From NCBI GenBank assembly GCA_004431415.1, contig QPMI01000306.1:1-64000 (forward strand): a stretch of DNA of 64,000 nt, written 5' to 3'. Origin of the DNA: Cyanophora paradoxa CCMP329 (taxonomy: Eukaryota; Plantae; Glaucophyta). Position numbers and translations under genes: made by a program. Positions 36,421 to 49,000 of the stretch are shown here, one piece after another. A model generated the notes under the pieces. It did no database searches. It had not been told where the DNA came from and saw only the letters and a list, made by a program, of their open reading frames with translations. The stretch's first letter is position 1. Each line of letters starts with the position of its first letter.

Positions 36421-36768
36421 GAACGAACCCAGGAAACATTCAAGTCCCCAAACACTCGGTGGGGGTCCCAATCGGAAGGGCGGAGCCTCCACCTCGGTGA
36501 TTTTGGGTTCCTATCAGTCCCAGACTTTCCTAGTGGGACCCCTACGCCAGGAGGCCCCATTCAGCGGCTGGTGCGCCCCACACAGCCATCGGGCAGTTTT
36601 GACCAAGGGCATGAAGAACCAAAAAAAGGTGGAATGATGAATGGGGCAAAGACGCAGACCATTCCACCCACGCTTGCGCTTAAACCTTGATTCCTCGTCT
36701 CTTTGTTAGACTGACCGAGTTCTCGCTCTGTCCGTTTTACTTCCAAGTTTACTTCCCGCGAAAGCGAA

Positions 36769-37930
36769 ATGTTACTTTCGCGCTGGACATTCCTGTTCAT
36801 GTCTGCTAACTTTCTTTCATCAATGAGCATCATCTGGGTCAATAAATGGCTCTTTGTCGTTCACAAGTTCCTGTACCGTGCACTGTATTTTTTTTGCTTT
36901 GTGACTTTCATTGCTGACTGGAGCGCAGCTACGACTTTGACATTCGTCCATTTTCTTTTCACATCGGCATGTCTTTATGCATGTCTGTGTCTTGGGGTTT
37001 TTTCTTTTAAACCTGTGCCCGTTCGGCGAGTTGTTCCACTGGTTGTAAGCTTCTGCGGATTCGTCGTTTTGACGAATTTAAGCCTGCAGCTCAATTCCGT
37101 AGGAACATGTCAGGTCTGATCACATCTATCAAGGCGATGCACTTCCCTCACCGCGACTCACAGATATTGAAAGCTCTTCCTACTCCTATGATCATTGCCA
37201 TTCAGAGACTTTTTTACGGAGTCCAACAAAAACTCTCGGTTCAACTTTCAATGATCCCTATAGTGGGTGGTTCACTGCTTGCAACCACTTCTGATTTCGC
37301 ATTCAACATGCCTGGGTTTTTAGTCGGATTGCTAGGAGCTATTTCGACAGCACTTTATTACACGGTGAGTAAAAGCATCTTAATATTTGAGTGCAAGTTT
37401 CACTTACTGTAGAGAGCAGTGGGTGGGGACTCTGCAATCCGATCTGGAGGTTTCTTCTTTGCAGCTGCTCATGTATCAGGCCCCCCTCTCCGCTCTCTTT
37501 TTGATTCCTTTCGCACCCATTCTCGATGATTTTTTTTCTCCGGCTGGTCTTCTGAACTTCTCATGGACAAACGACTGTTTGGTACGCTTGTTATTCCTCC
37601 TGCACCTGTTTATTCCTCCTGTCGCAGATGCTGATTCTTGCAGATGCTTCTTTTCATTTCTGGGTGTCTTTCGTTCTTTGTTAACGTGTCAATGTATCTG
37701 GTCATTGGCTCCACGTCTCCCATTAGGTTCGTATTCGTTCATCAGGTGCCTGAAAGCTCTCAGTTCGTGTGTGCAGCTACCAGGTTTTGGGATACTTCAA
37801 GCATATTTTTACTGTTACAGGTGGAATGGTCTTATTTCAAGAGTCAACTAATCCAAAAAATGCCTGTGGAATAGTTTTGTCAATCTTAGGTATCGTATAT
37901 TACAGCCATGCAAAGGTTAGGCAGTAACCT
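36769..37930 (+). CDS. Nucleotide-sugar transporter (SLC35E3 / plant UXT-URGT-like, TPT family), multi-exon; 3' end uncertain
   Basis: NFLSSMSIIWVNKWLF, TTLTFVHF, NLSLQLNSVG, LQLLMYQAP, IGSTSPISYQVLGYFK. Predicted introns 36878-36928, 37114-37163, 37365-37419, 37582-37643 and ~37727-37777 give an open spliced frame. Confidence 0.88.
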
Positions 37931-39169
37931 TGTACACAACCTGGTTCTAGAGAAGCCAGAGCAGCCAAAATCCATGCCCCATTCTTTGAGTAGAATGTAC
38001 AAGGTGCTAGCGTTAGGAAGGAGCACCCCATCCCGCTGGGACTCTCTCGGATACTGATTGTTCACTGGGGCACACACAAACTGTTTTGTGGAGAAGAATG
38101 CACAGTGCGCCCGAACCCGAACTAGAATCTTGCAATCCTGTCAATCCCAGCACAATTCTTGGTCGGCTCGCGGAGGTGGCAGTAGAGTACACAGGCAGAG
38201 AAGCCTGCGCCCAGCGACTCGAGGCGGCTCTTGGTCGGCTCGCCAAGGTGGCAGTAGAGTACACAGGTGGAGAAGCCTGCGGCCAGTGACACGAGGCGTC
38301 CTTTATCATGCTCACCAAGGTGGAAGTCGGCTGGGGAGCCTTTGGCCAACAACTCAAGGTCGGTACTCTGCCACCCGGCATATCTGCAGCGGCGGGGGCG
38401 GGGGCAGTCGCGGCAGCGGCAGCGGTCGGGAGAGGGCACGCAGCCTTAGGAAGGACGTGAAGAAGGTTCGGGCATGCAGCTTGATGTCAGCCGGGTCCAT
38501 GCTGGCGGGCACTCCCTCCCTCATGGGGTCCGGGCGGAGGGCACGCATAATATGGTCAGCGACTGAGAAGCGGTGCACGAGGGACGAGTGCACCGTAGAC
38601 GAGCGGCGGTGCACGAGCAGGGGAGGAGATCGCACTCTCGGCGTGCTGCCACGGGGCGTTTGGGCCCGTCTGCACCGGCGCCGCGCGCGCAGGGTCGACT
38701 CGGCAAGGCGGTGCTAGCTTCGGGCTAGCAGCATTGTTCATAGCGGCTTCCATGTAGAGAGACTTCGACTTCTGCACGTTTGGCAAAGAGGGCGCGGGGG
38801 TTATGTGGCGTGGCGTGGCGTGGCGTGGTGGGGCGTAGCTCAGTGGATGCAATGACGGGGTGAGCATGAGGGTCGTTGGGTTGAGTGAATCGTGGCTCTG
38901 TTTGCTCTAATGGAGCTCTGGAAGCGATCGACTGCGCAGTCGGGAGAATGAGAGTGTGTCAGCCAGGCCTGGCCACGCGCACGCAAGAGCTCGTGGTCCT
39001 GGGGGAGCGAGGCGGTGATCCACCTGGCCCGGAGTGTTGAAGCGGGTTTGTGCTAAGATATCGGATGGCGGGCGGGCCAGGCTGGGGTTCGGCACACTGG
39101 AGAGGAGCGGCGGGGGAAATAGTGGATAGTGAAAGGGAAGAAAAAGCAAGATGATCAGAGCAACTGCAG

Positions 39170-39612
39170 ACTATTTTGTGTCGGGTCAGAAACCTGGGGC
39201 CTTCGACTGAGTGACTTGGTGGTGGGTGGTTTAATCTCTCTTAGGTCAGCGCCTTGTGCATATTCTCCAAGAGAAATTTGGGGTGCATCTTTCTTCTTTT
39301 TTCTGGCAGATTGGAAACCTGGGGCCTTTGACTGAGTGACTTGCTTTTAGGTGGGTCATCTGCCTAAGGCTAGCACCTTGTCTATATTCCCCCAGAGAGA
39401 TTTGGGGTGCATCTCTCTTTGATTTTGTCACAGATCCTGAACCTGGGGCCTTCGACTGAGTGACTTGCTGGTGGGTGGGTCATCTGCCTAAGGCTAGCAC
39501 CTTGTGCATATTCCCCTAGAGAGATTTGGGATGAATCTGTCTTTTTGTGGCAGATCCCAAACCTCCAGCCTGTAACTGAGTGACTTGCTGGTGGGTGGGT
39601 CATCTGCCTAAG
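39170..39612 (+). repeat. Sat124 short block
   Basis: Monomers. Confidence 0.93.
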
Positions 39613-39773
39613 GGAGCCTTAGACAGGGCCTCAGTTTGGGTTCACCCTCTCGGGGGGACTCCCTCGCATCACAATCGGTTCCTGGCTCTGGGGAATTAGG
39701 CGAAAACAACCCCTAACCCGTGCCGTAGCACTGGGTAACGTTTTTCTCCGAAGTCAGAGAACGATTTTTTTCC

Positions 39774-40777
39774 ATGGACAAGGTTGTCGTTTTTGGAGGT
39801 TACGGTTGGATAGGAGGATCCATTTGTAATCTACTAAGGTCCTCTTCGAAATGTTTCGTGGTTGCTGAACGCAGCTTAAGACTCGAGAATTTCCACGGTA
39901 TTCTTGAGTTCCTTCAGCTTGAAAGTCCCTCTCATGTATTCTGTGCCACGGGCGTTACGGGCCGTCCGAATGTGGACTGGTGTGAAGATCACAAGCCGGA
40001 TACTTACATTGGAAATGTGATCGGCCCTCTGAATCTGGCGATGGCGTGCAAGATGACAAGCTCCAAACCTCATTTAACGTTGTTCGGAACCGGATGTATC
40101 TATGAGTACGATACTGATCATCAGCCATACAGTGGCATCGGGTTCAAGGAAAGCGACATTCCGAACTTTACGAAATCATTCTATTCTTTTTCTAAAACAG
40201 TGTCAGAGCAAAGTTTAGCGGCTTTCCCAAACGTTCTTCTTCTCCGAATCAGAATGCCCATCTGCGACTCGCTGCACCCAAGAAACTTCATTACCAAAAT
40301 TACCAGATATAGGCAAGTCGTGAATATTCCGAATTCTATGACCGTCTTGGACGAACTTCTTCCACTCTCAATTGTTTTAGCGGAGAACAAACTTTGTGGG
40401 GTTTATAATTTCTCCAATCCGGGAGTTATCTCTCATAACGAGATCCTTGACCTCTATACGAAGGTCTGTTTTCGTGTCAATGCTTTGTGACAAGTCTTAA
40501 CTGCTCTCCTCAGATCATTGATCCAGAGTTTACATACGAAAATTTCACGCTGGAAGATCAAGCCTCTGTTATTAAAGCCCCAAGATCAAATAATGAGCTC
40601 GACTGCTCAAAGCTTCAGAAAGCTGTCTTCGCTCTGGGGCTTGATCCCGTCATGCACATTCGTTCAGCAGTTCGAAATGTGTTGGAGAGGATGAAAAATG
40701 CTCCAAGCACTGCAGAAGCTGTGCTTGAAACGAGGAAAATTCGCCAGAGCTTTCTGATTGGAAACTCGACTCCTTGA
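39774..40777 (+). CDS. NRS/ER: Bifunctional NDP-4-keto-6-deoxyglucose 3,5-epimerase/4-reductase (nucleotide-rhamnose synthesis), 2 exons, intron 40464-40513
   Basis: GGYGWIG Rossmann motif, GVTGRPNVDWCEDHK, TGCIYEYD, SFYSFSK, LRIRMPI, PRNFITKITRY, NIPNSMTVLDELLP, NFTLEDQASVIKAPRSNNELD; matches the plant NRS/ER (UER1) / RHM C-terminal domain. Confidence 0.95.
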
Positions 40778-40937
40778 AAATTTGACTGGATCTCCTTGGA
40801 TTGTAAGAAAGTGATTGTAGGTTTCGCTTGTCGCACATCCTCCCCCGTGCATCCCGTGCTTGTCGTGCATCCTCCCCCGTATCTGCACTCAAACTTTTTT
40901 CACACAAACAACGGAAACAGAACTGACCAAGGTGGAG

Positions 40938-41460
40938 AGGGAGTGAACCCAGGAAACATTCAAATCCCTAAACACTCGGTGGGGGTCCCACTTGGAAGGG
41001 CAGAGCCTCGTACAGGCCCTCTGCTGGGCAGGGTGCACCTGCCTAAGGCTAGCGCCTTGCGCATGTTCCCCCTGTTATGTTTTTGTGTGCACCTGACCTT
41101 GCTTTTGTGGGCCCGATGGGAATTCAAACTGACCAGCGCTAAGAGCGAGTGAACCCAGGAAACGTTCAAGTCCCCAAACACTGGGGGGGCTCCCACTTGG
41201 AAGGGCAGAGCCTCATACAGGGCCTCTGCTGGGCAGGGTGCGTGAGTAGAGGCAGAGTTGCCGACAGTGATATCAGGTTGAAGCAGCAAATCGGTGCCTC
41301 AGCTGGGAGGGGTGACCCTGCCTAAGGCTAGCTTCGTGTGCACCTTCCTCCTGAAGGTTAATGTGTGCACCTGACTCCCTGTACCGCGCCCGACGGGGTT
41401 TCGAGATCACCAAGGTGGGGAGGGGAGTGAACACAGAAAACATTCAAATCCCCAATCAGC
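40938..41460 (+). repeat. ~207 bp repeat units containing a Sat124-like core, interrupted by a ~55 bp family C integrase snippet (~41240-41295, minus)
   Basis: GAGTGAACCCAGGAAACATTCAA...GGAAGGGCAGAGCCTC at ~40941, ~41147 and partially ~41425; also at 36425 and inverted at ~50770-50822; includes GCCTAAGGCTAGCGCCTTG. Confidence 0.8.
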
Positions 41461-41461
41461 C

Positions 41462-41746
41462 AGCCTGCGAGAGTGCTCGTCAGAAAGGTAAACCTCAACC
41501 GAGCTATGTGGAGTTTGCTGAAGAGGCGCAAAAGTTGGCATCGGAAGCTAATGTTGCTGTTGAGGAGGCGAATCTTCAAGTTTGGAAAGAGCTTGATTTG
41601 CCTGGTGCTCTTCCTGCTGACATCATGTCCAAGGCCCGACTCATTCATTATTTGACTGATGAGTGGACCAAGTACTTGGAGAAGAACTCGCAGTTTTCGG
41701 TTCTCCCTGGTTCAACATTTTCAACTACGGAGCGTAGTTCCTTCGT
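41462..41746 (+). pseudogene. gag: Gypsy family C gag internal fragment
   Basis: Near-identical to ~45338-45620. Confidence 0.9.
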
Positions 41747-41856
41747 GATCTGCACATAACGAGCCTCGAGCGGGGCCCTCCCCCGGGGTTTGGGCGGGGG
41801 CCGGGCGGATCGCAGTGACCGTTGGGGTTTGGCGGGGCCCTCAGGACGCCAAAAAA

Positions 41857-42171
41857 ATGGTTCAAGGGGTTGCGAACGAGACCGCGTTAGAGAACAAGAT
41901 TCTCGAACAGCAGATCACGAAAGAGAAGGTCGAAAAGAAACCGGATGTTTCGTTCGACGTTCTTCCCGATCCAATCACAACCGCGAAGAATACGCCAACT
42001 GAATTAATCGCTAAGACCATCGATTACGCGGAGAGTAACAAGACCGATTTACCGGTAATGAATAAGAGTTTACTTCGGGTCGCCACTTCGCAAGCCGACC
42101 CCATTACGTCGGCTCCCCTGTATTCGGGGGTCGCAAAACTTGGGATCCGCCCCGGTTACCGGAGGTTTTAA
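41857..42171 (+). CDS. Hypothetical intronless protein (104 aa from the ATG at 41857), possibly viral
   Basis: ATG after an A7 run, clean ORF ending LGIRPGYRRF, stop embedded in the palindrome GGTTTTAAAACC. Confidence 0.4.
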   Translation: MVQGVANETALENKILEQQITKEKVEKKPDVSFDVLPDPITTAKNTPTELIAKTIDYAESNKTDLPVMNKSLLRVATSQADPITSAPLYSGVAKLGIRPGYRRF

Positions 42172-42421
42172 AACCCTTAATGATTATTTTACCGTGAAAA
42201 AATTTCTTGTTCAAATGTAGCGCTACGTGAACAATCCATTCGCGTAGGCTCACGTTACTCATTTTTTGGGTGGCGTTGTAGAAAAATGTGATATCCATGT
42301 ATATCGCGCTTTTATCACCTGTTCTACGGGATTCATTCGTGGAAACTTGCGACCGACAAGTAGACAATCGGGGACACTTCGATTTCTTTTTCCGGCATCT
42401 TCTTTCAAAACGGTGCAAAAA

Positions 42422-42760
42422 ATGACGGCTTTTCAAGACAAGTATATACCAACAACAAAAGGACTTAAAGATTTCTTGTTACATATCAGAAAAGGACAGA
42501 GTATGATGCCGATTAGCGAAGCACAGAAGCGCGCAATTTACCGTTACCGCAAGACCGAAAAGGGTCGTGAATATCTGAAAAAGTACAGCAACAGACTGTC
42601 GAAACCTTTGAAGGAATTAAACGACACCGACGAGTGTTACCGAGCGATGAAGATAGTCAATAGTTCACAACGCCAATACGTCGCGAACGCTGTGTGTTAC
42701 ATTAAATGCGTTTATGGGGTTCCACACTCAAATCGGGGGCGCCCCTCGATCTACTTCTGA
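42422..42760 (+). CDS. Small basic hypothetical protein with SEAQKRAIYRYRK motif, possibly a viral DNA-binding protein
   Basis: Intronless ORF in an AT-richer island; SEAQKRA-xx-Y-R starts are common in small phage and giant-virus proteins (recalled, not searched). Confidence 0.4.
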   Translation: MTAFQDKYIPTTKGLKDFLLHIRKGQSMMPISEAQKRAIYRYRKTEKGREYLKKYSNRLSKPLKELNDTDECYRAMKIVNSSQRQYVANAVCYIKCVYGVPHSNRGRPSIYF

Positions 42761-44269
42761 TCTTGTTTTTTCTCAGCGCGTCTCAGCGCGTTGTTTGTAT
42801 TATTTTAAGAACCATTGTATGATGGTCGACCCTTTGTAATTTTTCCCTTTTGCTTGACCGATCGATTAAATGCGCCGGCAACAAATGACGTCATAGAATG
42901 AAATCACTTAAAGAATAAATTTATTTGCATACTTCGTAGATATTCGACACCACCTCAGTTCATCCGTGCGATCGGTTTTCCACCTCGGCTTCTAGCACTA
43001 GTACTAACACCTGTACATAAACCTCTTCATAGCGCCCCCCGCGCATAGCCCCGACGGATGAATACAAAATACGCCTGGGAGAAGGGGTAGGTTTTGAAGT
43101 AGATCTTCTTCCCATCCACTTCATCCAATGACTGACAGTGATGACAGAAGTGGCTTATTGCATCACATACGTTCAACAATCCGGTTCCTGTGATTGAACC
43201 CAGTGCATTGAGGGTAGTTGCGTCGGCACAAGTAATTGCCTCCTGTTGCATTTGGATGATAAGCTTGCCAAATGTGACCATCATCACACAGATAGACCGC
43301 AGCTGTCCATTTGGCGTGCACCCACAATCGCCGATGCTTTCAATTGGGTCATTGGAGATTGCACCCGCTTCATCAGTTGGGAATGTGTCTCTGTAGTTCT
43401 TGAAGATCGAGCAAGTCTCAGGGAGTGCAACAAACCGAAAAGCCATCGCACCTGTGTGTTGGCTTTGTTCTTTTTCTCCATGACTAGAACGCGCTTCTCG
43501 AGATTTGCTATTCTTGTCTCCATTTCTCGTGCTCTGTGCTTCGTTTGCACTTCGACGAAAAACAGAAGGGCCAGCCGCGCCCCTCGAGACCCATACCCAC
43601 CCACCGAGGCGCAAACGGGGCACGAAAAACACATAAATTTCAAAGGATTCGCGAAAGTACACAAGGGAAACCGCCAAAATCTACTGGGAGCGGCGGGAGG
43701 AGCGCGCGGGGTTGCGCCGGACCTCGTACGGGGCGCCGCGGGTTTTCACGGGGGCCATGCGGCGGGGCTTAGGGGGGGCCCGTGACGGGGGAGGCGGGGC
43801 GGGGGGCGGGGGCGGGGGGTAGGCAGGCTCGTCCACGATGTCGTACTCCTCCCGGAACGCCCCCTCGACCTATCAGGGCTAGGGCAGTCAAGTAGGCTAG
43901 CGTGTGGTGTAGTTTGCCTTGTACAGAATGTGAGTAGTACCCCCTGCCGCCGCCGATATGCGAGAGGGGCTAGGAGGTCTTGATGGTGGGTTGGGGTGGG
44001 GTCCAAGGGGGCGTGTGCGACCCTTCTGTTTTTTGTCGAAGCACATCAATTTTGTTTTAACCGCGCAAACATAGATGGAATTCTTCTGTCGCTTTTGTCG
44101 CAAGGAACCCAGAATGGATTCCAAAAAGAGCAGGTGCCAGAGCGTGTACAAGAATTTCCATGCACAATTTGCAATCAGATCAGCTCTGGTGCTGCCAACA
44201 CTTGCCACCCTTTGAGCCAGCATAGCGGTACATCTCAATTCAGCTGCCATCAACTTGTTTGATTTGGGA

Positions 44270-45150
44270 AAATTAGCAGTGATGTGTCCACTTCTTGTAG
44301 AGCTGCGGGAATTTCAGAGAAGGATCACAAAAAACAAAGCGGATGCAGCGGACCTCGGGCTCGCGCGAGGGGATGGGGACCACGGAGGCGGCATTCTTGT
44401 CGGCCTCGAGGGTCTCGTCGTCCATCTCCTCGGTAGCATCGACGATACGAGCCGCCAGGTCCTCCGATTCCGCCTCGGAGTTCTCGGGCTCGTGGTCAAA
44501 TGCCTGCGCCCAGGAAAATCAGCGGGCAAAGAGAGAGAACGCAAGGAAATAAGGCGGACCTCGAGCGCGACGGGGGCAGGCGCAGGGGACGGAGCGGCGA
44601 CGGGGACCGGAGCGGCGAGGAGGGCCGGAGCGGCGGAGAGGGCAGGAGCGTCCTTGGGGGCGCGTGTGGCCTTGTACTTGAGGGCCAGAGTGGGCTTGAT
44701 GGGCTTGGTGAGCTTGGCGGGCACGCTCATGTCCATCGGATCGTCGAGGACAAAGAGGGCAGTCACAGAAGCCGCGCAGGTCGGCCGTTCGCAAGGCACG
44801 AAGCGTCCGCGGTGCTGGCTGTAGCTAGCTACGTGCCGACTGTAACATATAGATTACTCTGCCAGCCCCAGACTAGGCCAGGCTCGCCGCGCGGGGCGTG
44901 CGACCGCGCCGAAGGCAGGGGGTCGGGTCGGTCAGCGGCGCGGGCGCCGGGGAGCTAGCCAGCGTGCCTAGCTACCCGCATAGTGCTTCCGGTGCGTGCT
45001 CTGCGCTCTCCCGGCGCGGCGCTGCAGCGGCTGCACCAGTCTGCCACCGAATTGCAGTACCACGCCGGCCAAGTTTGCCGTACCCAAAGTGCGGCTACTC
45101 GGAAATGTTTAATCGGTGATTAAATAAGGATATCCTAGGGCCCCACACGT
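44270..45150 (-). mobile_element. Second, diverged copy of the CCGTGTG-TIR element end, with a spliced Pro/Ala/acidic ORF; truncates family C gag
   Basis: 44758-45030 is the reverse complement of ~11450-11720. Terminus ACGTGTGGGGCCCTAG at 45150. GTCCGC...CGCAG introns at ~44504-44559 and ~44303-44353 (minus). Confidence 0.75.
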
Positions 45151-46003
45151 GGGGTATGCTTGGCCCATCATAAAACAGAAGATGGTTTCGATTTTCGTTG
45201 GACACACTGAGATTCAGAATGCTTTGTTTGCTGCAAATGATTGGAACGCTTTTGAGACCACCTTTCTTCAGCACTTCTGCCATGAGAGCCATCGTATGGC
45301 TTCACTTCGTAAATTCTATTCTTTCACCTACAAAATTGCCTGCGAGAGTGCTCGTCAGAAAGGTAAACCTCAGCCGAGCTATGTGGAGTTTGCTGAAGAA
45401 GCGCATAAATTGGCATCGGAAGCTAATGTTGCTGTTGAGGAGGCGAATCTTCAAGTTTGGAAAGAGCTTGATTTGCCTGGTGCTCTTCCTGCTGACATCA
45501 AGTCCAAGGCCCGACTCATTCATTATTTGACTGATGAGTGGACCAAGTACTTGGAGAAGAACTCGCAGTTTTCGGTTCTACCTGGCTCAACATTTTCAAT
45601 TACGGAGCGTAGTTCCTTCGTCACACGCTCTGAGTTGGAAGTTCTTCGCTCTGAGTTGCGCTCTGAACTGGATTCTCGTGTTCGGTCCCTCGAAACTGAA
45701 CTCAAACATTTCCGCTTTGAAAACCAGAATGCGTTCTCTGACCTTTCGTCACAGCTGGATCGGTTTATGAATGCTACTTCATCTCGCAATAGCGCTCATT
45801 ACGGAAACTATGGTTCTTCGAATTCATACAATTACAATTTCTCTTCTCGTGGTGGTCGCGGTCGTGGTGCATTCCGCGGTGGTTTCAATAACCGCAACTC
45901 GTTTGATCGCCGCAATGACAATCCGCAACCGCGTGCTCGTTCGCAGGATCGCTCTGACTCGCAAGTTCGGAGCAATTCCGTCCCTCGCTCGGGGGGGCGC
46001 TAA
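45151..46003 (+). pseudogene. gag: Family C Gag, N-terminally truncated, RGG-rich C-terminus
   Basis: YAWPIIKQK...NDWNAFETTFLQHF aligns with family B YAWPHVQLK...DNWTTFLKKFEDHF. Confidence 0.88.
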
Positions 46004-49000
46004 CCCAGCCAGGTTTTTCAGCCCGCCTGGCTGGGGCAAATCAGCCAGCAACCCAACGGAGGGGTTTAATTTCGATTTCTCCGCTTATTTCATTCAATGA
46101 GTATCTTCGACGTACGTCTGCTTTCTCTTCCCTTCCCAATTCTCCTCCACTTCCTTCTATTTCTTCTTTTCCTGTGTCCAATACCAGCAAATCTAAGAGT
46201 TCTGCTAATTTTGACAGTGGCAAGATTTGTTGTGCTCAAAATGTTCAAGGTCATTCGATCAGTGCTTCTACCCCAAGCTGTGATGCCTCTTCTCTGGAAC
46301 AGAGGACCATGCTTGTTTCCAAGCAGAAGGGAGAATTCATTCGAGTGCCTCTCTCTCAGTGTACCAGCAAGGTTTCTTTGTCTCTTTCCGCTTTTCCCAG
46401 AAGGCATTATGGATCACTTGGTGGAATTTCGAAGAGCAAACAACCTCTTGAAATTGTTGGAAATAGCAGTAGCACTTCAAGCCCAAAAAGTCCCTCTGAC
46501 AACTCCCACTCTCCTAGAGAGAATTCTCCAGCAGGGAGACAGTTTGCTGTCTGATATTTCACTGGTCACAAGAAGACTGGTGCAGAAGTTGAAACTTCAA
46601 AATCAGGTAATTAAGACCTCATTCACGCCTTGTGTTCGCCTGCCCAATTCACATCTTGTTAATGTACCTGGCGAGATTTTGATTAAAGGGTCAATCGGTC
46701 CTTTGACAGCATCTTTCCCATTTCTTGTTGTGGACTTTCCCAATTATCCATATGCCGGCATTCTTGGACAAGATTTCTTGTCTGAATTTGGAGTGACATA
46801 TAAGAATGAACAGGTGAACAGGCGCTCCATCACATTCTCGAAGTTCCCAGATCAGCCAGTAGAGTGCAAGATTGCTTCTATTACTTTTGGATCAGATCAG
46901 CAGCATGGATCCTTGCCAGATTCTCCTCAACCACGCCCTGATGAATCATCTCACAATTCTGATGAGTGTTCTGAAGAATATGGTGTGATTATGGAGACTG
47001 CTGAGAAGGTCAAGCTTGATCCTGGAACTCAGAGGTTTGTTTGGATGCGAGCACCCAGCCGCTGCTATGTGCAGGATGGCGAAGGCTTTATTGATGACTT
47101 TAGAGAATGGAACGAGAATGAGTTTGTCCATGTGGCAGGTGGCCCAGCTCATTGTCGTGGAGGACGTATCAAGGTATTGCTTGTCAATCTTGATCCAAGG
47201 TCTGACAGGGGACCGGCAGTAATACCTGAAGGTACCCGGCTAGCCAGGTTTGTTCCGAGCAAGAGTAAAACATCAGTTGTCCACAACATGCCGGAAATCT
47301 GTGATGTCAACCTGGTGCTGAGTTATGACTCATCTGGGAAAGGAAGTTTTGTGCACACTTCTGAGTACAAGGGTCCTGATTCAGTAGATATCACTGCGTC
47401 CGAAGCTGTTCTCCAGTCTTCTTTTGATGATTCAAGTAAAAGAGTTTCAGATTCTGTTGTAAATAACTCGACTTCATTAGATAGCGATAAAAAGAGTTCT
47501 GTATTTTCGCAAGCAAGTTCTGTACCAGTATCTTCGGTCGATGAAGTAATTCTGAAGGAGATTCGGGAGCGATTTGGTGATAATGTTGCAAGCCTCATCT
47601 CTCCATGCAGTGTTGGTTCAGCTGATGATAATCTTGATGAGAGGAAGCTTATGTGGGATTTCTTGGCGAGGAAGCATGAAGTATTTGCTGAGGGTCAATG
47701 GAAACATGATGAGTCCAGACCTGGTCCTCCTATTGAGCATAGCATTGACACTGGAGATGCAAAGCCGATTGCTGAACCTCCAAGACGTCTTTCTTTTGAC
47801 CAACGCCAAAAGATTGTTCAAGAGACCCAAAAGCTGATCAAAAGGAATTTAATTCGTCCTTCTAGAAGCCCTTGGGCCGCTCCAGTGGTCCTTGTGCGGA
47901 AGAAGGATGGTTCATATCGTTTCTGCATCGATTACAGAAGGCTCAACAGTGTTACCAAGGATGATGCATATCCCTTACCAAGAATTGATGATGCTCTTGA
48001 AGCTCTTTCTGGATCCATATATATTTCTGTTGCAGATTGTGATGATGGATATTGGAATGTCAAGATGAGTGAGAAGGATCGGCCGAAGACAGCTTTTAGG
48101 ACACCAACTGTTTATATGAGTGGAATGTCATGCCGCAGGGCCTCAAAACGGCCCCTGCGACATTTCAGATGTTGATGAATGGAGTGTTAGGAGCGTACCT
48201 TTACATCTTTATTCTTGTTTATCTTGATGATATATGTGTCTTTTCCAGGAGTCTGAAGGAGCATTTCGAACATCTTGAATGGGTTTTTGATCAGCTGATT
48301 GCTGCTCACCTGCGGTTAAAAGCACGCAAGTGTCGTTTCTTCAAGGCTGAAGCTGAGTACCTTGGATTTGTTGTTTGCCGAGAAGGAATCAAGCCGTGTG
48401 ACAGCAAAGTTCAGGCTGTGAAGAATTTCAAGACTCCAACATCTGTATCAGAAGTCAGGTCTTTCTTAGGTTTAGTGAATTACTACAGGGTCTTCATACC
48501 TTCATGTGCAATCATTGCTTCTCCATTGTATGATTTGTTGAAATCCAAGAATTTGTTTGTATGGGGAGAATCACAAGACTTTGCTTTCGGTAAGCTCAAG
48601 GAGTTATTGTGTTCCTCTCCTATTCTTGCATATCCAGATTTCAAGAAGTCTTTTATCCTCAAAACAGATGCTTCGAAAACTGGCATTGGTGCTGTGTTGT
48701 CGCAACTGGATGACAATGGTCAGGAGCGAGTCATTTCGTTTGCTTCCAAGACACTCACCCCAGCTGAGCGCAAGTGGAACAAGGAGGTTGTTATTGCATA
48801 TGCTGCTGAACCGTTATCAGATGAGCAACAGAAGTGGACAGTTACTGAGCAGGAGTTATATGCTGTTTACTGGGCTGTGACTAAAAAGTTCTCACATTAT
48901 CTGAAAGGTCCCAAGTTCTTCATCAAGTCGGATCACAGTGCTCTCCAGTATATGAAGTCGAATAAGGAGTTCCCAAATGCTCGGATCGCCCGCTGGATTC

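Noticed and set aside
39708-39720. Telomere-like CCCTAACCC
   Set aside because: Under two units; chance occurrence.
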